NCBI GenBank assembly: GCA_004524445.1
Contig: SDNP01000004.1
Coordinates: 39,596 to 103,595, forward strand
From: Candidatus Thorarchaeota archaeon
GTDB taxonomy: Archaea > Asgardarchaeota > Thorarchaeia > Thorarchaeales > Thorarchaeaceae
DNA length: 64,000 bases
Direction of reading: 5' to 3'
The notes below the pieces were generated by a model. It did not search any database. It was not told where the DNA came from and saw only the letters and a list, made by a program, of their open reading frames with translations. Below are positions 39,319 to 49,209 of this stretch, piece by piece (positions within the stretch are counted from its first letter, which is position 1; each line of letters starts with the position of its first letter). The position numbers and the translations under genes are program-made.

Positions 39319-39813
39319 CTATTCCATCTCGGATGGAACATCCAATCCTAGTTTCTTGAGTCGTGCGAATCCTTTACTATAAAGACTCATGTGGTGCCGG
39401 ATATCTTCTTCAGTATCAGCAAGATCTCCTAGTTGTCCCACTATATTATCCAGGCCGCCTTCTTTGTACTCATCAAGCATGATGCTGAAGGTGTCACTCA
39501 TAGAGAGCATCATGCTTTCTACACGGTCATTTAGCTCAATCATGGACCGTACTGTTTCAATTGCAGCCTCGTCTGGCATGTGTGGAAGAAAATCTTCCAA
39601 GGCGACTCCAGCCGCCCGGCACATGTCAACTCTTCCTGGGATGACGTCATCTATCATATTTGTAATCCACCCCACTCGCTCTTGGTTGGTCAAATCTCGC
39701 AGGCTATCCATTGAGAAATACGTAGTCCAAGGCATAAACTCTGTACTCTCATATGCAATCCAATCATCAAATGCACTGAGTACTCTGTGCCATGCTGCAG
39801 CGGTCTCAGACAT
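39319..39813 (-). CDS. Hypothetical helical protein
   Basis: Acidic helical ORF; start MSETAA avoids overlap with the divergent gene. Confidence 0.78.
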   Translation of the reverse strand: MSETAAAWHRVLSAFDDWIAYESTEFMPWTTYFSMDSLRDLTNQERVGWITNMIDDVIPGRVDMCRAAGVALEDFLPHMPDEAAIETVRSMIELNDRVESMMLSMSDTFSIMLDEYKEGGLDNIVGQLGDLADTEEDIRHHMSLYSKGFARLKKLGLDVPSEME

Positions 39814-39876
39814 GTCTATCGTTATGGATATTCTACAGCGCATGATATAAAGTAGTGTGCAGTATAAGAGAACAAG

Positions 39877-40566
39877 ATGAACCCACCCCAATTGAGTGAA
39901 ATCCTAGAGATGCTGAAGGCAACAAAAGAATCACATTTGGTGCCAATTGAAAATGAGATTCCATATTCCATATTGCATGGTTATGCAACACAATCTGATG
40001 ATAACAGATGGGTTCTCGATAGAAGTGGCCGGATAGATTTAGCACTCATGGCAGTTTCATTAGGTGCAGAGATAGAACAAGTGGTCAGCCATTTGAATTG
40101 GAAAGACTTCGAGAGTTTCATTGCGAGAATCCTAAGAGAACATAATTATGAATGCGTGGAGAGCTTCCGCCAGGTGGGAAACAGCGATAGAAAGGGTATG
40201 GAAATTGATGTCATAGGCATTCGCAATAGAGTGATAGTCTCTGTTGACGCCAAGATGTGGAGCATTCGTGGAGGGAAAGCATCTGCTCTTCGTGCTGCGG
40301 CGGAGAAGCAAGCAAAAAGAACACACAGGTTAGGCAGTGAGCTATCTAAGCTTGCTGAAAAAGTTCATAATATGCAAATGGGCGAATACGTCATGAGACC
40401 CATGGTTGTGACTTGGCTCATTGAGGATGTAGAAATTCATGATGGCGTGCCAGTTGTTCCAGTCTTCAAATTCAATTCATTTTTGTTGAACTATGCAATG
40501 TTCGAGGATAGACTCAAATCATTCACTGGAATTCTTGGGGTTCAATATAACCAGACTAGACTCTAG
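39877..40566 (+). CDS. PD-(D/E)xK restriction-endonuclease-like protein (Mrr-type)
   Basis: WKDFESFIA, EIDVIG, VDAKMW motifs. Confidence 0.8.
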   Translation: MNPPQLSEILEMLKATKESHLVPIENEIPYSILHGYATQSDDNRWVLDRSGRIDLALMAVSLGAEIEQVVSHLNWKDFESFIARILREHNYECVESFRQVGNSDRKGMEIDVIGIRNRVIVSVDAKMWSIRGGKASALRAAAEKQAKRTHRLGSELSKLAEKVHNMQMGEYVMRPMVVTWLIEDVEIHDGVPVVPVFKFNSFLLNYAMFEDRLKSFTGILGVQYNQTRL

Positions 40567-41582
40567 CAACGCCAATTTATCTCTCTTACAACATTGGTTA
40601 CAGTATCCATCTTCATCATTTCAATAAACTGATGATCTCCGGGTAGCAATTCTTGATGGTTTTGGATCGCTGGATATGTTGAGAGATTTTCTACGGTAGC
40701 TCTTCCAACATTGACAACTCGTTCTTCTGGACTCTTGGCAATGACGCGTTCGAAGGTTTCTACTCTCTCACATAGGGCACTTATAGCAAAGTGGAGATGT
40801 GAATCCTCTATAGCATCGAGATTCATCGAAGCACAGCCTGCACCACAAGACGGTCCCGTGCCCTCAAGATTTCCGTGAATGACTACCAGTATTTGTTGTT
40901 CAATATTCCCACCTGAGAGCCAACTGGAAAAGAAGGAATCTAATTGAATACATTCGGTGATTGATGAATGATATTGGGGAACAAATGCACCAAGCGTCTG
41001 AATTGACATAGACACTCCAAGTGGAGATTCAGGAGGGCGCACTCTAGAATCGGAACACAAAACAGTAAGCAGACGGTCATCTAGGTAGTTTGGATGTCTA
41101 ATCCGTCCCAGAACGGATTTCTCTTCTTCTGAAGCTCTCTCATATCCATGCGGGAATATTGTTGCATATCCACTAAGATAATCAATTCTCAAAGCAATAA
41201 TTGGGACTCCTGCCAGGGCTGGATGTTTGTTGATAGAATCAAGACTTTTTTCGATTGTATCATCAGATTCCTCCTGGTCAAACGTAATGATGACAGCCTT
41301 GCGTTCATCGAAGTTTGAAGTGTACGCTGCTGGCCCCGCAAAAAGAATCGGTGATTCTCTTGGAGAAGGAAGCGCCATCCCGGGAACCCTTGTACCGCCA
41401 AATGCATCACCTTGCTGGAATTGTAGTAGATGAAGATCTTGTGATGAACGGTTAACAGGTGAAATAAGGAAGTAACGGGGTGATTGACCCTCCGCAGCAA
41501 TATCCATTAGTCGTTTTAGTTCAGGGTTCTCTTTTCGCGACTTCGCTAGGTCTTCTGAGATGGTAGCAATCCGATTTAGCAT
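40563..41582 (-). CDS. Divergent beta-carbonic anhydrase-like protein (degenerate N-terminal + intact C-terminal domain)
   Basis: CSDSRV and H-x9-CGA zinc ligands in the C-terminal half; GQSPRYFLIS without the Cys in the N-terminal half. Confidence 0.6.
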   Translation of the reverse strand: MLNRIATISEDLAKSRKENPELKRLMDIAAEGQSPRYFLISPVNRSSQDLHLLQFQQGDAFGGTRVPGMALPSPRESPILFAGPAAYTSNFDERKAVIITFDQEESDDTIEKSLDSINKHPALAGVPIIALRIDYLSGYATIFPHGYERASEEEKSVLGRIRHPNYLDDRLLTVLCSDSRVRPPESPLGVSMSIQTLGAFVPQYHSSITECIQLDSFFSSWLSGGNIEQQILVVIHGNLEGTGPSCGAGCASMNLDAIEDSHLHFAISALCERVETFERVIAKSPEERVVNVGRATVENLSTYPAIQNHQELLPGDHQFIEMMKMDTVTNVVREINWRC

Positions 41583-41823
41583 TGTGATGACCACTTCCAG
41601 CAGGCGGATATGTTATGCCTAAAAAACTCGTAGATAGCTGACCATAATCCCTACCTCGTCAGGTGAGAGCCATTATCAAATGTTAAACAACGTGGTTTAT
41701 ATGAGCCGTTATTAACCTAAAAAGCTAACATATTCTCATCACGCTATTAGGATAATCTACTGGCACCTCTATGTCTGATGAGTAATCCTTCCATGACAGA
41801 CATACTTCCCTTGAGTAGACAAA

Positions 41824-42525
41824 TCATATGTAGAAGCCAAAACGGGGAAGCATGAGCCAAATTCCAAGAGCGACTAATAGACAGCCCACAATGATTTCAA
41901 TCGTTCGAGCAGATCTGGCCATCTTAGAAGCAAGACGGTCTCTGCTTTCGCCAGTGACGAGTGCAATGGCAAGATATGGCGTTAGTACCCCAATGCTTAG
42001 CATGACGAACATGAGAATAGTCATGAGTAAGTCAATCTGAGAGCCGAAAATAAATCCCAGTGCTAATATCGACGGGCCAGTGCAAGGTGCAGCCAACAGT
42101 GCGTATGCAAATCCAACACCAAACACTCCAATCAAACCTTTGGGATTGCCAGGATCGCTACGTATATTGATCTTTGTTATTCCAGTCATCTCACGAAGTT
42201 TTGGGAAGAGCGTGAAAATTCCGAAGACGATGATGATACCACCTAGAACAGCCTGAATTAGGAGATAGTTTTGTATCAAGTAAAGTCCGATAAAACTTGA
42301 GATTGCTATGAATACGCCCAGTGAAATAAGGATCCCCGCAGTAAGAACAATAGTCACTAGAACACTTCTCGTTCTACTATCCTCTGATTGAAGATTCCTA
42401 ATTAGGAATAGAGGGAGCAGTGGAAATAAGCAGGGCGAAGTCGCAATATACAAGCCAACACCAAACACAGTACCCAATTGAACAACCCACTGGACGAGTA
42501 GAGCAAAGAATTCTTGCATAAACAT
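41824..42525 (-). CDS. ccdA: CcdA/DsbD-beta transmembrane disulfide reductase
   Basis: SPCLFPLLP and APCTGP cysteine motifs; about 6 TM segments. Confidence 0.9.
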   Translation of the reverse strand: MFMQEFFALLVQWVVQLGTVFGVGLYIATSPCLFPLLPLFLIRNLQSEDSRTRSVLVTIVLTAGILISLGVFIAISSFIGLYLIQNYLLIQAVLGGIIIVFGIFTLFPKLREMTGITKINIRSDPGNPKGLIGVFGVGFAYALLAAPCTGPSILALGFIFGSQIDLLMTILMFVMLSIGVLTPYLAIALVTGESRDRLASKMARSARTIEIIVGCLLVALGIWLMLPRFGFYI

Positions 42526-42809
42526 AAACCACTCTTTAATCGCTTTTTTCTGAAATCACATCTAGCCCCAAATTCATGGTTCAGATGTCTTAGCATTCAG
42601 ATTCAAACGCATCTGAAAATTTTATTGTATAGTGTAGGGTTGTAGGGCATATAAGCAAGTCTCTGAAGCGATGTATTTCTTTTTCTCAAAACTAATGATC
42701 GCAGGATGTTCATTGAAGGAGATTTGAGTATTGTAACCACAATTTTTTCTTAACCATGTGTCTCTGAACCAATGACCGGTTTTTTAACCTTGATTGTTGT
42801 TTCTATATT

Positions 42810-43694
42810 ATGCGATTAGGGATTTCATACCATGAGAACGTGAACAACTGGGCGACAGCCAGTTTACTTGACACCATGAAGAAGAAAGGGCATGATGCGG
42901 TCCCCATTAGATTAGCAGATATGGGTGCTGAAATCCCTAGCAGATTCATCCATATTGATGATGATGTGACCAATCTTGCTGGCATTATTGTTAGAACGAT
43001 AGGATTCGGCACTGGAGACCAGATAACATTCAGAATTAGCTTGCTTGAACAGTTTGAAGATGCAGGGATATATGTAATGAATCCAGCATATTCATTCCGT
43101 CGGGCAAAGGATAAGTACGCAACTCTCACAGCCTTGCATAAGAATGGCATAGCGGTCCCAAAAACATTCATCGGCGAAAATCTTGAAGCAGCCATGGAAT
43201 TTGTTGAGGAGGTGGGAGATGTCGTAATCAAGCCGCTCATTGGAGCTAGAGGGCTGGGCTCAATCCGAGCCAAGCATGAGGAACTCACCTATAGAGCAAT
43301 GAAATTCGTTCATCAGCTTGGGCAGGTCTTGTATGTTCAACAGATGATAGACAAGCCTGACAGAGATATTCGGGCATTTGTAATCGGCGGCGAGCTGGTT
43401 GGCGCAATGTACAGATACCTTCCTGAAGACGATGACGACGAATGGAGAACAAACGTGCATGGCGGTGGTCGAGCAGAAGCTGCAAGTCTGTCAGCTGAAT
43501 ATGAAGAATGCGCAGTAAAAACAGCAGAAGTTCTCCAACTGGATTATACTGGCGTAGATATCTTGGAGTCAAAAAACGGGCCCGTGGTTATAGAGGCCAA
43601 CGCATCACCTTCATGGAGTGCCTTATCCAGAGTGACTGGCTTGGATGTTGCTGATATGATAGTTGACCATCTCGTTGAAAAAGCGAAGCGATGA
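42810..43694 (+). CDS. RimK-family ATP-grasp alpha-L-glutamate ligase (MptN/CofF-like)
   Basis: DKY, VPKT, KPLIGARGLG, DIRAFVIG, WRTNVHGGG, GVDILE, EANASP. Confidence 0.92.
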   Translation: MRLGISYHENVNNWATASLLDTMKKKGHDAVPIRLADMGAEIPSRFIHIDDDVTNLAGIIVRTIGFGTGDQITFRISLLEQFEDAGIYVMNPAYSFRRAKDKYATLTALHKNGIAVPKTFIGENLEAAMEFVEEVGDVVIKPLIGARGLGSIRAKHEELTYRAMKFVHQLGQVLYVQQMIDKPDRDIRAFVIGGELVGAMYRYLPEDDDDEWRTNVHGGGRAEAASLSAEYEECAVKTAEVLQLDYTGVDILESKNGPVVIEANASPSWSALSRVTGLDVADMIVDHLVEKAKR

Positions 43695-43773
43695 TTTGGT
43701 GCTTTGCTTTTTTGTTAATTGCAGCAATCAGGCAATTTTTTAAATCAAACCCAAGCGGCTCGCTCGAGCACTG

Positions 43774-44109
43774 ATGACCACATATGACAGTAAGAAAAAT
43801 GGGTCAATCTACACCACTCCTTGTGGGCGGATAGGATGCATAGCAGTTTATTCCAGCAGAGATTGCCATATGTGCGAATATATTGAAGAAATAGTAAGAC
43901 ATGCAGTCATAGCGGAGGGCATTCGAGGGGAGATTGTAAACCGTGTTCCAGAGAAGGATCCTCACGGAGGCTTGCCATTCGATTCTGTATACGCATATCC
44001 TTCAGTGCGGGTATGTGATAGCATTCTAAATGGAATTCCTACAGAAAAAGAGGTTCGAGATGCTCTTAGAAGAGCAAATCACCTAAAGTGTTTCTTGAAG
44101 GCTGACTAG
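43774..44109 (+). CDS. Small thioredoxin/glutaredoxin-fold protein
   Basis: VYSSRDCHMC (CxxC), AYPSV cis-Pro loop, GIPT motif. Confidence 0.72.
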   Translation: MTTYDSKKNGSIYTTPCGRIGCIAVYSSRDCHMCEYIEEIVRHAVIAEGIRGEIVNRVPEKDPHGGLPFDSVYAYPSVRVCDSILNGIPTEKEVRDALRRANHLKCFLKAD

Positions 44110-44134
44110 AAAAAGAACCAGTGAACTGATCCAT

Positions 44135-44872
44135 CTATTCCTTCTTGGTCATCAATGCTTTTACTTCATCACGAGGGAGAATTCTGAACTCCTTATCTTC
44201 AGTATCGATGACACCTATGTCAATGGTTTCATCTTCTTCGTCTTCCTCTTCGGATTTCGCCTCAGATTGACGAATACCTCTGAGCGCTAGGTCAATTGCT
44301 CCGTCTAAATCTGGCAACTTCTTACCTGCAAGTTCTTTCTCAAAGAAATCCCTCACGACATCGGCATCCTTTCCAATCGCATGTGCTTTCCATCCCCAGA
44401 AAGAACCTGAAGGATCGGTGGAATAGAGTTGAGGCCCGAAATCATCCACTCCTGCGACAAGCAGCGAAACACCAAATGGACGCACTCCACCGTATTGGGT
44501 ATGCATCTGTTTAGTATCGCAGATATCAACAACTAAGGATTGAATTGAGATGGGTTCGTCATAAGAGAGTCTATTCACTTGGGATCTGACCCGAGCTTGG
44601 TCAATGAGCTTTCGAGCATCAGCATGAAGTCCGGCAATAGCGGTGCCAACATGATCGTCAATCAAGAGAATCTTCTTGAGAGTTGATAGGTCAATTAGCT
44701 TGTTGGGGGTCCGCTTTTCTCCTGCAAGTACCACACCGTTTGTTGCCTTCACTCCAACTGCCAAGGGACCGTGTCTAACAGCCTCTGTGGCATATTCAAC
44801 TTGGTACAAACGACCCTCTGGACTGAAAACCGTGATAGCTCTGTCGTAGCCCATCGATTGATTTGGAAACAT
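44135..44872 (-). CDS. psmA: Proteasome subunit alpha
   Basis: GYDRAITVFSPEGRLYQVEYA, RPFGVSLLVAG, DPSG. Start MFPNQS at 44872. Confidence 0.97.
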   Translation of the reverse strand: MFPNQSMGYDRAITVFSPEGRLYQVEYATEAVRHGPLAVGVKATNGVVLAGEKRTPNKLIDLSTLKKILLIDDHVGTAIAGLHADARKLIDQARVRSQVNRLSYDEPISIQSLVVDICDTKQMHTQYGGVRPFGVSLLVAGVDDFGPQLYSTDPSGSFWGWKAHAIGKDADVVRDFFEKELAGKKLPDLDGAIDLALRGIRQSEAKSEEEDEEDETIDIGVIDTEDKEFRILPRDEVKALMTKKE

Positions 44873-44998
44873 GATAACTCTACTCTCTGCAATTATGGGA
44901 CCCGAAAACGATATGGTCAGTAGAACGACACATGAAGCCAGTTTATAAAAGTATTCAACTGGCATAGAGATACGGGCTTTGGAGCAGATAGCTTTGGG

Positions 44999-45697
44999 CT
45001 AGCGAAACTGTAGATCCACTTCAACGCCCCCAGACGCTTCATCAATTATCTCTTCCAAATCCTCCTTCTTGGGTCGCGTTAAATTCGTTGCTTCGCTTTC
45101 CCGAACTCCAGATGAAGGTACATAGTCTTGAACTACATAGCGCCCCTCAAACCCCAGTTCTTCAAGAATATCGATAATGTCTACAATATCTTGAGGACTT
45201 AGTAGATTCCCTGCGTAGGTAGTTCTTGGCCAGAGGTCGACATTCGATTTTAGTAGCAGGTCGATTGATTTCTTCACATTGGGCCAAGGGCTGTGTTTTG
45301 TTCTACAGACTTTTTCATATCTCGTGGGCGAGGCCTTTAGGTCAAGCCAAACTGAATCTAGATATGGGATGCACTCCTCCAGTACCGATGGGACAGATCC
45401 CTGAGAGTTTAGATTGATGTGAAAGTCTCCCTTTTTGCTTAATGCCTTGAGTAAATCAGGTAATTCCTTCTGGATTGTTGGTTCCCCACCAGTTACGCAA
45501 TAGCCGTCTACCAAGTGACCGCTTGCACCAGAGAGCACCTCAGAAACAGACATTTCCATTCCTGAATTAAGAGGAATTATGTTTGCATTTTGACAATACG
45601 GACAATCGAAGTTACAACCAGCAGTAAAGATGACCGTAACAGGAATGCCAGGAACGTCAACAAGACTTACATCAATGATTGAAGCGATTCGCATCAC
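44999..45697 (-). CDS. Radical SAM protein, anaerobic ribonucleotide reductase activase-like
   Basis: SLVD.PG, GCNFDCPYCQN, TGGEPTIQ, DLKA, RTT. Confidence 0.85.
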   Translation of the reverse strand: MMRIASIIDVSLVDVPGIPVTVIFTAGCNFDCPYCQNANIIPLNSGMEMSVSEVLSGASGHLVDGYCVTGGEPTIQKELPDLLKALSKKGDFHINLNSQGSVPSVLEECIPYLDSVWLDLKASPTRYEKVCRTKHSPWPNVKKSIDLLLKSNVDLWPRTTYAGNLLSPQDIVDIIDILEELGFEGRYVVQDYVPSSGVRESEATNLTRPKKEDLEEIIDEASGGVEVDLQFR

Positions 45698-45863
45698 TTT
45701 CTCATCTTCTAATCACTTTCCATCTCACAACTCAATAAATGTCCATCGATATTGAAATGTGAATACCACAACCCCTCAAAAAAATCATGATAGTATATAT
45801 TATAGGGTAATCATTCGAATGATTTTTCTAGAATCCTTATTAATTTAAGTTCATTTAGCAATA

Positions 45864-46148
45864 ATGGGACCAGAAATGGCGGAATTAAGCGTAACAAAAG
45901 ACGATATTCTAAGGAGCACTCTTTTTCACATTCAAATCAACCGCTGTGAATACATTGATGACTTTCCAGAAGCGGTTTCGGAAGTATTCAACAAAATGAT
46001 TGATGAGAATGGAATGCCAAGCTACAAGAAACTGAAAAGAAAGCTATACAAAATAGATACCAGCTTCTTCAGTATCAACAAAGGTAAAACAAAGAAGAAG
46101 GACTTCTATGAAGGTTTGTATGAACGAATCGAGAGAAAAACCGAATAG
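45864..46148 (+). CDS. Hypothetical protein (94 aa)
   Basis: Fills the gap after an AT-rich promoter-like region; K/E-rich. Confidence 0.65.
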   Translation: MGPEMAELSVTKDDILRSTLFHIQINRCEYIDDFPEAVSEVFNKMIDENGMPSYKKLKRKLYKIDTSFFSINKGKTKKKDFYEGLYERIERKTE

Positions 46149-46153
46149 GATCT

Positions 46154-47605
46154 TTATTCAGCAAGCCTGAGTGTCAGTACAAACTTGGCACCCATGCTGG
46201 GCTGTCCTGGCACACGGTCAAAGATTTCAAGTTTTCCGCCGTATTTTGTGGCCATTTGTGAAACCAAGGTCAGACCCACTCCACCAGCCCGCCTAGACTT
46301 ATCGAATAGGGCTTCTTTTCTACTGTCACTGATTCCAGGGCCATTATCAGCGATGGCTATTTCTACCATATCACCTAATCGCCTTATTTCCACCCAGATT
46401 TTTCGCTCATCTTTGGGATTGTGTCTTGCAGCATTCTCAAGAAGATTCCAGATAAGCTCACCTAGAAGAGCGTCCGCATGAACAATGATCTTATCCTGGA
46501 GCCCAACGACTTTGACCTGCGCACAATGTACGCGGCGGACAACCGACACTTTCTCCTCGACTACTTCTGTGAGATTGACTTTTGCTGTAGGCAAATGCCG
46601 GAGCTGTCCAGCACGTTTCACCTTAGTAATCAGTCGGTTACACCTCTCCACCGCATCCTGGATATCCATACGAGCATCATCAATGTAAGAATCAGGTAGT
46701 TCTTCGTCGAGAAGCCCTGAAGATGTCATAATCACCTGAAGTTGATTTGCTATATCATGAGTAAGCAAATCAAGATAAAATTGAATCGACTCCTCAGCTT
46801 CCTTCTGGGAGGATATATCAGTTACTACTGCAAAGGTGCCAAGAAACTCATTCTCGGGAGAGAAGTACGGCATAGCTGAAACGATTGTTGGAACCACTTT
46901 CCCAGACTTAGTTTCCCATTTCAATTCATAGTGATCAGAAATGCCAGCCTTACGTTCCTCACGTTTGCTCTCGACAAACTTGCTATCTTTTTCTTTAGTG
47001 AATTCAATCCAGCCGTGTCCAATAATCTCCTCAGGATCACGTTCAAGCATGTCACAAAAGGCGTTGTTTGCATAGACGATACGCCCCTTTTCATCATCAA
47101 TTGACAGCCCGTCATTCATTGTTTCAACGAGTGTGCGATATTTTTCTTCACTCTGCTCGAGAGCCTTCCTATCTGTAACCTGTTGTGTTATATCCAAAAT
47201 ATGTAAGACAGTCTTCTTCCCTTGGGAATCTGTTGGAGCAACTGATGCTATGAGGTCAAGAGTTGCTTTGTCCCCACCTAACCGGGTGACTTCTATGCGA
47301 TATGCACCGGGACCAATATCCCCTTTTTGACGTCTTGAAAACTTTTCCGAAACTCTTGAAGCCACATCACTTGCAAGAAACTCTCGAAAATCATGCCCAA
47401 TATATCCTTCAGCAGGTCTCCCGAGAACATTCAGTGCGACTTCATTGACATAATCTATCTTATAATCTTCATTTACAATCATGATTGCCTCGTGGCTATG
47501 TTTCATGAGATGTTCGAGTATGGGTTGTGTAATCCTCACTTTGCCTAACTGCATAGTTGTGTCACTTGAAGATGTGCCGTCCGTTTTCTGGTCTCTCGAA
47601 TTCAT
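46154..47605 (-). CDS. Cytoplasmic PAS-PAS sensor histidine kinase
   Basis: Two PAS/PAC repeats, H-box THDIANQL, NLLENAARH, DNGPGI, GGVGL. Confidence 0.93.
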   Translation of the reverse strand: MNSRDQKTDGTSSSDTTMQLGKVRITQPILEHLMKHSHEAIMIVNEDYKIDYVNEVALNVLGRPAEGYIGHDFREFLASDVASRVSEKFSRRQKGDIGPGAYRIEVTRLGGDKATLDLIASVAPTDSQGKKTVLHILDITQQVTDRKALEQSEEKYRTLVETMNDGLSIDDEKGRIVYANNAFCDMLERDPEEIIGHGWIEFTKEKDSKFVESKREERKAGISDHYELKWETKSGKVVPTIVSAMPYFSPENEFLGTFAVVTDISSQKEAEESIQFYLDLLTHDIANQLQVIMTSSGLLDEELPDSYIDDARMDIQDAVERCNRLITKVKRAGQLRHLPTAKVNLTEVVEEKVSVVRRVHCAQVKVVGLQDKIIVHADALLGELIWNLLENAARHNPKDERKIWVEIRRLGDMVEIAIADNGPGISDSRKEALFDKSRRAGGVGLTLVSQMATKYGGKLEIFDRVPGQPSMGAKFVLTLRLAE

Positions 47606-47754
47606 TCATTCTATCTCCGACGATGATGACCAGGACTGTGAAATTCCCGTCCTAACCTGCAACAGCCGCTGAGAGCCGATTTGCTCAACAATCACGGGGA
47701 TATACGACAGATATTTACCAATGTCATATGCTATATAAATTTCGTAGCTGCTAT

Positions 47755-49119
47755 TTATGAGGTTTTGTCATATCTCGCCCAAGCAGATGATGGCGGCTTC
47801 TGTTTCCCATAACCAACGATATCATCCATTTTCACAATCAAAGAATTCATCCAAGGCATGTTTTCTACGATCCAAAGGATTAGCCTGTGCAGTAAGCCGT
47901 CTTCTTTGTTATAAGGACAGGAACGTAGACAATTAGAACACTCTGAGCCGTTTTCAATCCAGAAACCATAGCAGGTTTCGGGGTTGATATACCATTTCTT
48001 TACTCCAGGATTGTTTGATTTGGTCTCTCCTGTTATGGTCCTTTCAGGTCCAAAGGGGATGGACTGTGACGGGCAATGTTCAGCACATTTCTCACATACT
48101 TCACAGAATCTTATAACAGATTCTGCAAATTTGGTGTCGGGCTGATCCGGCTCCAAGGGCATATCGGTGAAAACCTTTGCCAGTCTAACCCTTGGCCCGT
48201 ACTTCTTTGTTATCAGGAGACCATGCCGGCCATAACCCCCAAGACCCGCATCGATAGCTAACGGCACGCTCAAGCCAACATCATTGCCGCAGGATACCGC
48301 TGAGTATCCGAGTCTTCGAATGAAGGCTGCAAGTTCAATTTCAAGAAAAGCCATCTGTGAGTAGCCTAGGGCTGTTGCCGCAGAACTAGTAAAGGATGGG
48401 GACGTTGCAATGGATTCATAGTCCATCTCGATAGCCATGACAATTGCACGATTAAATCCCTCAGGTATATCATACTGATTTCCCTTTCGATCTTCTGAAT
48501 ATAGCCATCTTCTATCAAGCTGGGCAATGCCGACAAGGTCTGCACCTATGAATCTGGCAGCACGCTTTATGGCAAGAGCTAGTTCAGCTGGTGCGGCTTG
48601 TATTGTTCGATTTCTTTTGGGTCTTGTAATTTCCTCTTGGGGAACACCAGTGACAAGTGTTCTTGCATCGTATAGGTGCCAGTTGGCAACAGCTAATTCA
48701 TGTTCGAACCGCCCGTAGCCTTCAATATTGCTTTCAATCATGGCCTCCGCACCATGCCACTCGTCCTTTCCATAGTGCTCAAAACTTGAGTCATTTCGGA
48801 CTCTTGCAAAAATCATATTAGATTCAGAAAAACGGGAATAATCCTCCGAAATCTCATAGGGTTTATTCTGAGGTGTTGAAGCCCTCAAACGCGTCTTCTG
48901 ATGCTTTTTTCGGTTGTGGAGGTGAATGTTCGTTATAGCACCATAAGGGCAGGAACGGATGCAGCTCAGGCACTCAGTGCATTTGGCTTCATCAATAACA
49001 GGATACCCTTTGGAAACGGAGAATGAAAGAGGGGCGTCTTCGCCGTGAATGCTTCTACATGCATCTACACATTCTCTATTACAGGTACCATTCTTGCATA
49101 GGGGAACCAAGACTTCCAT
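47755..49119 (-). CDS. Reductive dehalogenase-like (RdhA/QueG family) cobalamin Fe-S protein with extra N-terminal ferredoxin domain
   Basis: GADLVGIA.LD.RWLYS, AGLG..GRHGLLIT..YGPRVRL, CEVCEKCAEHCP, CSNCLRSCP, KKWY; N-terminal CTECLSCIRSCP. Confidence 0.85.
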   Translation of the reverse strand: MEVLVPLCKNGTCNRECVDACRSIHGEDAPLSFSVSKGYPVIDEAKCTECLSCIRSCPYGAITNIHLHNRKKHQKTRLRASTPQNKPYEISEDYSRFSESNMIFARVRNDSSFEHYGKDEWHGAEAMIESNIEGYGRFEHELAVANWHLYDARTLVTGVPQEEITRPKRNRTIQAAPAELALAIKRAARFIGADLVGIAQLDRRWLYSEDRKGNQYDIPEGFNRAIVMAIEMDYESIATSPSFTSSAATALGYSQMAFLEIELAAFIRRLGYSAVSCGNDVGLSVPLAIDAGLGGYGRHGLLITKKYGPRVRLAKVFTDMPLEPDQPDTKFAESVIRFCEVCEKCAEHCPSQSIPFGPERTITGETKSNNPGVKKWYINPETCYGFWIENGSECSNCLRSCPYNKEDGLLHRLILWIVENMPWMNSLIVKMDDIVGYGKQKPPSSAWARYDKTS

Positions 49120-49209
49120 GCTAACACCCGGTCTGGGCATCATGAGAGTATCGACAATTAACTCCTTCTCTTGAGCAGTGAATCCAACTGTAAGCACAGG
49201 ATCGTGAAA

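Noticed and set aside
39877-40566. Restriction-modification or defence island
   Set aside because: Solitary PD-(D/E)xK gene among housekeeping-type genes; no methyltransferase or mobility genes nearby.
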